DNA from: Klebsormidium nitens
Taxonomy: Eukaryota > Plantae > Klebsormidiophyceae
Assembly: GCA_000708835.1 (NCBI GenBank)
Contig: DF236953.1
Span: 420,990 to 484,989 of the forward strand
DNA length: 64,000 nt
Direction: 5' to 3'
Shown here: positions 40,867 through 49,305 of the stretch, one piece after another
Position numbering within the stretch: position 1 is the first letter of the stretch
How the letters are laid out: each line of letters opens with the position of its first letter
Notes under the pieces: generated by a model
The model's input: only the letters and a program-made list of their open reading frames with translations
What the model was told of the DNA's origin: nothing
The model's database searches: none
Position numbers and translations under genes: made by a program

Positions 40867-40958
40867 TGTCGCGATCCTACCTGAGGATCTCTCTCTAAAC
40901 CCAGCTGCGCCAGGCACCATGAAGCATGTCAACGCTATACACCTAACTCTCCTACTCT
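40867..40958 (-). repeat. Repeat A, outer copy (92 bp)
   Basis: Identical to 41317-41408. Confidence 0.95.
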
Positions 40959-41314
40959 GAATGATTGCATCAATCACAAATCACCTAAACCACATGCACC
41001 ATACACATAAGCGCAGTCTGCTTATGCGGAGACTCTCTGCTGGCCGTCATGCAGCATGACGAGGAGACAATGGTTGCTGATCAAAGTCGCCTTCAATATG
41101 CCTTAGACCGAACATAGAGAGAATGAGCTACAATCAGCTCATTCTCTTACCTAAATGTTCTGTCCGGCCATCAACCTTCTGCTTAAGTGCTTTGTACGGT
41201 AATCATCATGCTCATCAATGCATTACCGGACTCACTCTAGCTCTAGTTACGGCTGACCCTAACGTAATGACCGGGTTGCGAGATAACCCGGTCGCGACAC
41301 AATCTGGCGTGACA
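40958..41314 (-). repeat. Repeat B, 3' copy (357 bp, LTR-like, TG...CA)
   Basis: Matches 50969-51325 except for two adjacent substitutions (ca versus tt). Confidence 0.95.
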
Positions 41315-41320
41315 GCTGTC
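41311..41320. other. Perfect palindrome GACAGCTGTC joining the B end and A start (internal end-to-end junction)
   Basis: Right-terminus sequence (...GTGACA) + GC + left-terminus sequence (TGTCGCG...). Confidence 0.9.
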
Positions 41321-41408
41321 GCGATCCTACCTGAGGATCTCTCTCTAAACCCAGCTGCGCCAGGCACCATGAAGCATGTCAACGCTATACACCTAACTCT
41401 CCTACTCT
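41317..41408 (-). repeat. Repeat A, inner copy (92 bp)
   Basis: Identical to 40867-40958. Confidence 0.95.
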
Positions 41409-41416
41409 CCCCTCCT
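41409..41416 (-). other. Putative polypurine tract (sense AGGAGGGG, purine run continuing into A)
   Basis: Lies 32 nt after the pol stop and directly abuts the inner repeat A. Confidence 0.65.
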
Positions 41417-41448
41417 GAACCGTGCACCCCCATCTTTCTAAACACGGT

Positions 41449-44400
41449 TCACTCCGTCATTCCGACCGGACCCACTAACGCCTGCGCCGTTTGACACTTG
41501 GGGCAGAACCAGTCGCCCTCAGGAACCGCCGCCAGCGGAGGGACCAGGCACCTCGTGTGCCACCCGGCCCCACACCCATCACACAGCAACATGGAGGCTT
41601 CGTCATCAGCCCTGCGACAGCGCGTGCACGCAAAGTCGGCTGCGGGGCGCGCCAGGCGCGCATCCTGTCGATCGTCGATGTCGATCCGATGACACGGGGC
41701 ACATCTCTCCATGTGCACCCGCACCGTCCGCGCGTCCGCCCCCTCCAGTTCCAACACACCCCCCGTCCTCACGTGCTTGACCCGCAGGATCCGTGGTCCC
41801 GCCCGGCTGTCCAGGGTGTTGAGCATCTCTCTCTGCAAATACACGTAATCGCCCACCGCATACCTGATGATTTGCGGCTTCCAGGCACCACTGCGGGTCT
41901 TGGCGTACCGCAGCGTGTCCCGGTGTTGGGCAATTTGCAGGTTGCCCATGGCCATTGGGACCAACCGCCGGAACAGTGCAGCCCGTTCTGCCACCAACGC
42001 GCGCAGCCTGTCCGGACGGTCAATGTCCAGGGGTTCCTCCAGCGCCGCGCGCACCGTCCCTGGCAAAACCGGCTCCCGTCCGAAGAGCAGCACGTACGGG
42101 GAGAACCCACCCAGTGACGCCTGCGCGCTGAACCGGTATCCCATGGTGACCCAAGGCAGGTAGACGTCCCATTGCTCCGCGGCGTGCCCAAGGCACCACT
42201 TCCGCAGCGCACCTTTGACCACCCCGACTATCCGCTCGCTGAGGCCATTTGCCTGAGGGTGGTGGGACGAGGTCGACCGGTGGTCGATGTGAGACCGGTC
42301 GAGTAGCTCCTGGAAAGCGCCCCCAAACTCCCCTCCTCTGTCCGTCACTATCTCCGCACAAGCTCCGAACACCGTAAGGACTTCCCGGGTGAATGCCTCG
42401 GCCACCGTCTGCGCTTCTTTGTCAGCCGTGGGCACGAACACCACGTGCTTGCTGAAATGCTCAACCATGACGAGCACAAACTGGTTTCCCCGGCTTGACT
42501 TGGGCAGCGGCCCCGCAGAATCTAGCCCCCACCGGTAGAACAGTCCCTTAATCGGGAGGGGCTGCAACACAGGATGCACTGCGTTGAAGGCTGCCCTCAC
42601 CCGATCGCACGCCTCACACTGACGCACCACCCGCTGAACGTCCGCCGCCAGACCCACCCACCAGTAGTGAGGGCTTAGCAGGGACACCGTCTTCTTGACC
42701 CCGAAGTGTCCGCATTTCTCATGCACATCCCGAACTAGGGCCTCTCTCTCTGCCGGCCTTGGGACCACGCGCACCCCACCGGCTGCCTCACGGTGCACCA
42801 GGTGGTCCCGTTTCCACTCAAAGCTGCGCGCTCGGTGCTGTGCCCGATCTCGCTCCCCCGAGGAGCTCCTCTCTGGCGCGCGCCCCGTCTGCAACAGGGC
42901 CAGGACTGCGCCGTCCGCCCACACGTCCACCGCCGGCCGCACAACCACCCGTCCGGTTTTGCTTTCCCCAGGCGAGGCTGCCGGGGCCCAAGCTAGCGCT
43001 GCTGCAGCTGACCAGCAGGGCGCCAGTGTCTCCCCCAAGTCCCCCTCCTGCCGGACGCCCGCCGTGTCTTCGTCTGATTTCTGTGGGTACCGACTCAAGC
43101 AGTCCATTTCGTTCTCGTCCCCGGGGGTGTAATCGACCACCATGTCAAACTCGCTCAGCATCATCGCCCACCGCGCAAGCTTACCGGTCAGCTTGTTGTT
43201 GGTCAGGATCCACTTGAGCGGCCGGTGGTCACTCTCCAAAGTGAACCGCTCCCCGTACAAGTAGTTCCTCCACAGCCGCACGAAGTAGACCGCCGCGAGT
43301 AACTCCCCCTCGAAACTGCTGTACCGCGACTCCGCCGGGTTGCAGCTGCGGCTCCCGTAAGCAATCACCCGGTCCACCCCCTGCTCGTCGGCCTGCAACA
43401 GGACTCCGCCCACCCCCTTCTTGCTCCAGTCGCAGCGCACCTTGAAGCTCCGTCCTCTCACCGGCAGCGCCAACACAGGCTCGTTCTGCAGCGCCTTTTT
43501 GAGCGCCAGGAACGCCCCCTCCTGCTCTTCACCCCAGCGCCACTGCACTTCCTTCTTTGTCAACTCGTTGAGCGGCCCCTGCACCCGGCTGCACTCCGGA
43601 ATGAACCTCCGGTAGTAGTTGACCACCCCGTTGAACGCCTTGACCGACGTAACGTCTGTGGGCCGTGGCAGGGCCTCAATAGCCGCCACTTTGGCGACCA
43701 CTGGCGACACCTTGCCCGGGCGCAGCCACATGCCGAGGTACTCAACCGAGTCGGCCCCGAAACAGCACTTGTCGGGGTGGCACTTGAGCCCTGCCTCCTT
43801 CAGCCGGTCCAACACCCGCTGCACCAGCGCCATGTGCTCCTCCAGCGTCTCCCCTCCAGCCACCAAAACGTCGTCGATGAAGCTCCGCGCGAACCCCTCC
43901 AATCCCCTCAGCGTTCTGTCGATTGCCCGCTGAAACCACGCGCTGGCGTTGCGCGCCCCGAACGGACACCGCTTCCAGCAGTACAGCTTGGTGGACCCCC
44001 AGAACGCCAGCTTGCGCCTGTCCTCTTTTCTCACCACCAGCTGGTGAAACGCCCCCCTGATATCAATCGTGGAGTAGTACTTTGCGTGCCCCAGCGCCTC
44101 CAGGACCTCCTCCGGCAGTGGCATTGGGTAGCGATCCTGCGCTGTCTCCGCATTGACCCTGCGCAGGTCCGTGCAAAAGCGGTCTAGCTTCCAATTCCCC
44201 TCCGGGTCCTTCTTCGCCGCTAGCACTGAGTTTGCCGCGAAGTCACTGTCCGTTTCCTCAATGATCCCCGCCTCCTCCAACTCTCTGCAGCGCTCATCTA
44301 TCAACTCCCACTCCTTCACGCTGTGCTTTCTGCGCCGTTCGAAAATGGGCCGCTCCGTCTTTAACGTCAACTCCACCTCAAACAACTTAAACTCTCCGAT

Positions 44401-46179
44401 CTCCCCCAAGCTATTGGCAAACACATCACGATTTGCCTCCGCCACTGACGCCGCAAACCCCTGCTCCTCGGGCGTCAGCTGACTCCCGACCAACCACCGC
44501 CGGCACTTCCCGGCTACGGGCCCCCCCGGTTCTTCCACTTTTCCTGACCGGCCCTGCCCTGCCGGCTGTCCGACCCCATCCTGCCCCGGCCGGATCTGTC
44601 CTGCCGCACCGGCCGCCTTTGCGCCGTCTCCTGCCCTGGGCGCGCGCGCTGGCGCGCACCCCGGTGCCTCGGCTGCCCCCACACCGTCTCCTGCCCTGGG
44701 CACACCGTCTTCTGCCCTGGGCGCGCGCGCTGGCGCGCGCCCGACTGCTCCGGCTGCCCTGGGCGCGCGCGCTGGCGCGCACCCCGCTGCCCCGGCTGCC
44801 TTCTGCGCCTCCCCTCCCTGGCTGCCGTTGTCCGTAGGGCCATCCGACTTCCCTCCCAACGGCAAAGCTGCCGCCGCTGGTGACGCACCCGCCGCCGCTG
44901 CGCAGGCAGCCAGGAGCCACATGACCGTGTTAAGGTCCATGGCTTGGCCCAGCAGCTCGCGTCGGGTGGATTCGGACAGACCAGGCGCCGCCGAGAATCC
45001 GCGGGGAAACCCCATGGCTAGTTCGCGTTCGTCGGCTGTGGGCTCCCCGTAGGTTAGCTCGCTTCCTTGTGTGACCTGAATCACTCCGCCCCTTGTGTGC
45101 GAAAACGCATGTGAACCGTTGTAGCTCACGAAAGTGGGCAGCGCGCGCCTTGGCTCCCCCGGCACTTCCACTTTGGCCCACGGGGCTTGTCCGGAGCCCC
45201 TAGGAATCTGCGCGCGCCGCCCGGGCCCAAGGATGTGGTGCACGAACAGCCCAGGTGGGCGGACCTGAGCGGCGATCGCCGCACGCAGAAGAGCAGGTGC
45301 ACTGAGGTTGGTCCACCACGCCCGTAGGCGGTGCGCCCGCGATCCCAACTGGGCGGCGTCCAACACCACTTCGGGCCCCAACAGACTGCGTACCTCAGCA
45401 AAATGATCCCTCACCCGAGGACGTCGGTCGTGTCCAGCCGCCACGTGCTCGACGACGTAGGCCAACGGGTGCCCCCACTTTCGGTGTGACCTCTGCAGGT
45501 GATGCAGCACCCGTACCAGGTCTTCAACCAGCCCCGACCTCTCGTCTTCCAGACCCCGCCCGAGCCCCGCTGCGCTGTTTCCTTGACACGGCCACCCTGC
45601 CACGACCACGTCGAGCGGGCCGAGTGCCAGCAGGTGGTCCTCGCTGACCAGCTGTATGTCCTGGGGCAGGCGGTGATGCAGCTGCGAACACGCCCGCTCC
45701 TCCATCCTGCCCGGAAACTCCAGGCTGAGCTGCGCGCACGACCACCGGTGCAACTCTCGCGCCGCCCCCCGCTTCTCGCAGGCCATTACCTCACCAATGT
45801 TGTATCCGAGCCGCACCAACGCCTGGGTCGCTGTTCCCACGCCTGCAAACAGCTCCAGCACCCGCAAGGGCCGGTCTCGTGGCAACGGCTGGACAACCGA
45901 CCAGTCCAACGGCTGCAGCCCCTTGAGCCGGCTTAACTGGACCTTGCGTGGCGGCTCAACAGCTGGCCGGCCCGCCGCCAACGCGGCTCGAACCGCTCGC
46001 TCCGCCCCTGTCTTAACGTTTAGCGGGGGACCCCGCGGCCACCTACTCACTGTGCCCTGCCGCGCCCCTTGTCCACTTCCCCTTTGTTCCCTGTTACTCC
46101 CGCCAGACCGACCCTCCCAGCCGGCCTCTTGTTGCACCGGGCGTGGGCCAACCGCCGTCTCCCCGCCCGGCGCCTGGCG
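41449..46179 (-). CDS. Pol: DNMT3-like C5 methyltransferase, RT, RNase H, integrase, PHD finger
   Basis: DNMT motifs at about 44900-45870. RT: RFCTDLRRVN, STIDIRGAFHQ, CPFGARNASAWFQR, FIDD (43870-43881). RNase H: DWSKKGVGGVL, EGELLAA, SDHRPL. Integrase: HHCC, then D (WGLDS), D (TDRGGEF) and E (ANGLSER), with 34 residues between the second D and E. PHD at 41494-41628. The frame opens directly after the TGA at 46180-46182; first GTG at 46137. Confidence 0.95.
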   Translation of the reverse strand, partial: RQAPGGETAVGPRPVQQEAGWEGRSGGSNREQRGSGQGARQGTVSRWPRGPPLNVKTGAERAVRAALAAGRPAVEPPRKVQLSRLKGLQPLDWSVVQPLPRDRPLRVLELFAGVGTATQALVRLGYNIGEVMACEKRGAARELHRWSCAQLSLEFPGRMEERACSQLHHRLPQDIQLVSEDHLLALGPLDVVVAGWPCQGNSAAGLGRGLEDERSGLVEDLVRVLHHLQRSHRKWGHPLAYVVEHVAAGHDRRPRVRDHFAEVRSLLGPEVVLDAAQLGSRAHRLRAWWTNLSAPALLRAAIAAQVRPPGLFVHHILGPGRRAQIPRGSGQAPWAKVEVPGEPRRALPTFVSYNGSHAFSHTRGGVIQVTQGSELTYGEPTADERELAMGFPRGFSAAPGLSESTRRELLGQAMDLNTVMWLLAACAAAAGASPAAAALPLGGKSDGPTDNGSQGGEAQKAAGAAGCAPARAPRAAGAVGRAPARAPRAEDGVPRAGDGVGAAEAPGCAPARAPRAGDGAKAAGAAGQIRPGQDGVGQPAGQGRSGKVEEPGGPVAGKCRRWLVGSQLTPEEQGFAASVAEANRDVFANSLGEIGEFKLFEVELTLKTERPIFERRRKHSVKEWELIDERCRELEEAGIIEETDSDFAANSVLAAKKDPEGNWKLDRFCTDLRRVNAETAQDRYPMPLPEEVLEALGHAKYYSTIDIRGAFHQLVVRKEDRRKLAFWGSTKLYCWKRCPFGARNASAWFQRAIDRTLRGLEGFARSFIDDVLVAGGETLEEHMALVQRVLDRLKEAGLKCHPDKCCFGADSVEYLGMWLRPGKVSPVVAKVAAIEALPRPTDVTSVKAFNGVVNYYRRFIPECSRVQGPLNELTKKEVQWRWGEEQEGAFLALKKALQNEPVLALPVRGRSFKVRCDWSKKGVGGVLLQADEQGVDRVIAYGSRSCNPAESRYSSFEGELLAAVYFVRLWRNYLYGERFTLESDHRPLKWILTNNKLTGKLARWAMMLSEFDMVVDYTPGDENEMDCLSRYPQKSDEDTAGVRQEGDLGETLAPCWSAAAALAWAPAASPGESKTGRVVVRPAVDVWADGAVLALLQTGRAPERSSSGERDRAQHRARSFEWKRDHLVHREAAGGVRVVPRPAEREALVRDVHEKCGHFGVKKTVSLLSPHYWWVGLAADVQRVVRQCEACDRVRAAFNAVHPVLQPLPIKGLFYRWGLDSAGPLPKSSRGNQFVLVMVEHFSKHVVFVPTADKEAQTVAEAFTREVLTVFGACAEIVTDRGGEFGGAFQELLDRSHIDHRSTSSHHPQANGLSERIVGVVKGALRKWCLGHAAEQWDVYLPWVTMGYRFSAQASLGGFSPYVLLFGREPVLPGTVRAALEEPLDIDRPDRLRALVAERAALFRRLVPMAMGNLQIAQHRDTLRYAKTRSGAWKPQIIRYAVGDYVYLQREMLNTLDSRAGPRILRVKHVRTGGVLELEGADARTVRVHMERCAPCHRIDIDDRQDARLARPAADFACTRCRRADDEASMLLCDGCGAGWHTRCLVPPLAAVPEGDWFCPKCQTAQALVGPVGMTE
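41494..41628 (-). other. PHD finger at the integrase C-terminus
   Basis: CTRCRRADDEASMLLCDGCGAGWHTRCLVPPLAAVPEGDWFCPKC (C4HC3 with conserved W). Confidence 0.92.
44900..45870 (-). other. DNMT3-like cytosine-5 methyltransferase domain within Pol
   Basis: Motif I LELFAGVG, II ACEK, IV VAGWPCQGNS, VI VVEHV, VIII AHRLRAWWTNL, IX ERELAMGFPRGFS, X RRELLGQAM. Confidence 0.9.
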
Positions 46180-49100
46180 TCAATGTAAGCCACTACAGGC
46201 CAGCGCGACACCCGCGGTACTGACGGGTGAACGGCTGGCCGTCGCGCGCGCAGGACGCGTGCCTGCCGCCTGCCGCAGGCGCATGGGTATGCTCGCTACG
46301 TGCTCCCCTTGCGCCCGCCAGTCGACCCGGTACGTGCCCCGCTCGGCCCACCGGTCGATGCTGAGGCCTATCGGGTAAGCTGCCCGCGTACCAATGAGCA
46401 GATCGTAGCCGGTCGACTCGGTGACGGCCAAGCGCTCGTACAGCGTTAGCTCCGCGGGAGTGCCGGCGTTCAGGACGATGGGCACCGGGTCTCGGGTGAG
46501 CCCCTTCCCCAAGGGCTCGATCTGCCCGAGGGCCGTTTGCACCCGGCAAGATGCCGCGGTGCTGTCCAACGGCAGCCCGAGCTGGTCCGCCAAGCGCGCT
46601 CCTGCCATCGAATAGAAACTGCCCCCGTCGATCAACACACGCAGCGGCGCCTTCAGTCCGGCCACCGTCATTACTTTGACCGCCCCATCTCGGTTGTCTA
46701 CCCAGTCCGGGGTGCCGACCCATTGGTTGCGCTCAGCGGGGGGAACCTTTGGCAGCGCCTCAGCGAAGGCCGCCAGCGCGTGGGTCTCCTCCCAGGCCTT
46801 TTCCGTCCCCCCATGCCCCGCCGCGCTCGAAGTCGTCTCACCGTCCGTGTTCAACTTCCCCTTTCCCTTACGGGACACCGTCTCCCATCCGCGCTCCTTC
46901 CTCGTCTTCGGAGCCGGCCCGTTCTGCGCGCGCAGCGCTGCCGCTGAGTCAACGCCAGCCACCCGCGCCTCCTCGGCCAGCAATTCGAGCGCCACCTGCT
47001 CATCCGAATTTTCCGGTCCCGACGGGCTTTGCTGCCGGCGCGCGCGATCTGCTCTTGCCTGGGCCATCCACGAACTTTCAGGGTCTGTGCCCGAGTCGTC
47101 CGCCGAGCTTTGCCTTGCGTTGCCCTTCCCTGTTTTCACCACCTCAGCCGTTGGTGTCTGCTCGGTCGAGCTAACACCTTCCCCTGGGTTTGCACCCGTT
47201 TCGACTGTCCCTTCAACCACGACCGCCCCGCGCTGGGTCACTCGCCCTGCGCTTCCTACCCCAATCTGTCCGGCTTGGCTCAACTGTTCTGTTCCGGGCC
47301 GGTCCGTGCCGGCTGTGGCCACCGCCCTGCGCATCACCTCCCTCGGGTCGAGCTGCGGCCGCGGCGCGCTGGCGCCACCTCCCGTCATCTCCACAACCTG
47401 CTGCAACGTCATCCCTGCGCGCTCTGCCAACCCAAGAAACGCCGCCACGTCCATGGTGACCTGCCCCACCAGGACCGTCTCCCCGACAGCCCTCAGCTGT
47501 TCCCCCGGGGAATCCGTCATCTCGGCCGGGGCCACTTCATCGACTGGCCCGTTGAAGGACGTTGCTGCACCCCTGCGCGCTCCACCTGGTGACACCACCT
47601 CCTCCGCACTCTGACGCTTCCCCTCCGGTCTGACGCCAAACCCTTGTGGCAGGCGGTGCAAGCCTTGTGCAGCCACCTCTCGGCCTTGGTCCGGGAGCTT
47701 CGCCATCCGCTCTTTAAGCGCCGCTTTGTCCCTGCGGGCCCGCAACTGCCTCAGTGCTTCAGCCGGAGCCTTCCTCTCCAGCGCTGCGGTGCCCACGGGC
47801 TGCCCCGTGGCTGGCCCGACCACCTGTCTCGGGCGCGTGCCCGCGCGCGCCTGTTTTCTGGGCCTGGACTGTGGCCCGGACAGCCGGGTCACTTTCTCCA
47901 CAGCCCCCGCGCCTGCCGCCGCGCGCGTCGCCACTGCTCCGAGCTCCAGCGGAGTGGGACACCACGCCCCACCTCCCTCTACCACCAGGGCGGCAGCCCC
48001 CAACCCGTATTCCTCCTCGTCCCAACTGGCCGCGTCATCGTCCTCCAGACTCAGCGCCGCCGCCGCTTGAGCCGCCGCCTTCCACGCCCTGAACTCCTCC
48101 ACTTCCGCCACGCTGAGCCCAACCGCTGCCAACTCCGCCCCTCTGACGCTTCCTGCCGGAACCGCGACTGCCGCCGGCGCCACATGTCGCTTTGGACACT
48201 GAAACGAGAGATGCGCCGGGTCACCGCACACGAAGCAGATCCGTTGCCGCCCTACGCCCCGGCCCGGACCCGACCTCACGGCTCCCCCGGCCGAGGACCC
48301 CCGACCTGCACCCCCGCCTCCCCTCTGCGGGCACTGGTTCCTGTAGTGTCCGATCTCACCGCAAGTGTGGCACGCACCTGACCCGGCCGACCCAGCAGCC
48401 ACCGCTGTTGCCACCGCCGCGTGTGGCGCCTCAGGGACAGCTGCGTGCGCGGCCGGAGCGCGCCCGCCCCACCTCGGCCGGGCCGCCTCCACTGTCCTGG
48501 GCGTCATCTCCCTGGCGATCCTAAGCCTGGACGCCATCTCGTTCACTCGGACGGCCGCATCGTACGCGTTGTCCAGCGTGTAGCCACCGTCCCCGCTCGT
48601 GGCCGCCGCCAGCGCCTGCGTGTTGACCGCGTCCCCAAGCCTCTTGTCCAGGGCCGCCACGAACTTGGTGACGAGCTCAGGGTCGGTCAGTGGCTTCTTA
48701 AGGTCAGTCGCCAACCCCTGCAACCTGAACAGCAGCTCCGGCAACTCTTCCCCTGCCTCTCGCCGAAAGTTGACCCACTCCTGCGCCTTCCCTTCGTTTC
48801 TCTCACCAAAGTGGCGCTTGAGGCTCGTCAGCAGGTGCTTCACCGGCTCGTCCTTGGTGTTGCACTCCTTGTAGGTGCGCAAGTGCGCCTCTTTTGCCGG
48901 GTTGTCCATATGCTCCCCCAGGTGTATGCAGAACCGCTTTTTAAACTCAGCCCCCTCAACCGGCCTGCCCAAGTCCTTTTGCAGCTTCGTGAACCGGTCA
49001 AGGATGCTGCCCTCGACCTGGAGTTCGAACTGCTCTAGCGTGAGCCCCTCGTTCTTCCTCCCCGAGAAACGTTGCTTCCCCTCACCAACCGCCGCCATCT

Positions 49101-49296
49101 CTGCCCAATCTTCTTCCTCCCACCAGAACACTGCCTGACCCGCCGCCGCTGGCCTGTTCACAACAACCCCACTGCTCGCGCCTGACGCGGTGTCCTCGCT
49201 CCCCTCACCCGCCGCAACCCGGCTGTACTCAGTTGCAGCTGACACCTCAAAGATGGAGCCGTGGATTGTGTGCTGCGCACGCGTCCCCACTGGCAT
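46180..49296 (-). CDS. Gag-protease polyprotein
   Basis: Gag-like helical region, two CCHC knuckles (CHTCGEIGHYRNQC 48331-48372; CFVCGDPAHLSFQC 48196-48237), aspartic protease LRVLIDGGS (D at 46627-46629) and YDLLIGT. The true start could instead be MAAV at about 49098. Confidence 0.9.
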   Translation of the reverse strand: MPVGTRAQHTIHGSIFEVSAATEYSRVAAGEGSEDTASGASSGVVVNRPAAAGQAVFWWEEEDWAEMAAVGEGKQRFSGRKNEGLTLEQFELQVEGSILDRFTKLQKDLGRPVEGAEFKKRFCIHLGEHMDNPAKEAHLRTYKECNTKDEPVKHLLTSLKRHFGERNEGKAQEWVNFRREAGEELPELLFRLQGLATDLKKPLTDPELVTKFVAALDKRLGDAVNTQALAAATSGDGGYTLDNAYDAAVRVNEMASRLRIAREMTPRTVEAARPRWGGRAPAAHAAVPEAPHAAVATAVAAGSAGSGACHTCGEIGHYRNQCPQRGGGGAGRGSSAGGAVRSGPGRGVGRQRICFVCGDPAHLSFQCPKRHVAPAAVAVPAGSVRGAELAAVGLSVAEVEEFRAWKAAAQAAAALSLEDDDAASWDEEEYGLGAAALVVEGGGAWCPTPLELGAVATRAAAGAGAVEKVTRLSGPQSRPRKQARAGTRPRQVVGPATGQPVGTAALERKAPAEALRQLRARRDKAALKERMAKLPDQGREVAAQGLHRLPQGFGVRPEGKRQSAEEVVSPGGARRGAATSFNGPVDEVAPAEMTDSPGEQLRAVGETVLVGQVTMDVAAFLGLAERAGMTLQQVVEMTGGGASAPRPQLDPREVMRRAVATAGTDRPGTEQLSQAGQIGVGSAGRVTQRGAVVVEGTVETGANPGEGVSSTEQTPTAEVVKTGKGNARQSSADDSGTDPESSWMAQARADRARRQQSPSGPENSDEQVALELLAEEARVAGVDSAAALRAQNGPAPKTRKERGWETVSRKGKGKLNTDGETTSSAAGHGGTEKAWEETHALAAFAEALPKVPPAERNQWVGTPDWVDNRDGAVKVMTVAGLKAPLRVLIDGGSFYSMAGARLADQLGLPLDSTAASCRVQTALGQIEPLGKGLTRDPVPIVLNAGTPAELTLYERLAVTESTGYDLLIGTRAAYPIGLSIDRWAERGTYRVDWRAQGEHVASIPMRLRQAAGTRPARATASRSPVSTAGVALACSGLH

Positions 49297-49305
49297 TTGC
49301 AGCCT

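Noticed and set aside
40867-41314. Reading A+B as a solo LTR next to a second insertion
   Set aside because: There is no TSD around A+B alone or around B...B. Only the full 40867-51325 span has matching flanks, and the 5' end has no A.
40867-41408. Reading the element as a DIRS/Ngaro tyrosine-recombinase retrotransposon
   Set aside because: No YR ORF or R-H-R-Y motif set is evident. The RT is gypsy-like, a DDE integrase is present, and there are TG...CA ends and a TSD.
46676-48381. Long plus-strand ORFs (312 aa, 245 aa and others) antisense to gag
   Set aside because: Shadow ORFs of GC-rich coding sequence, low complexity, with no motifs.
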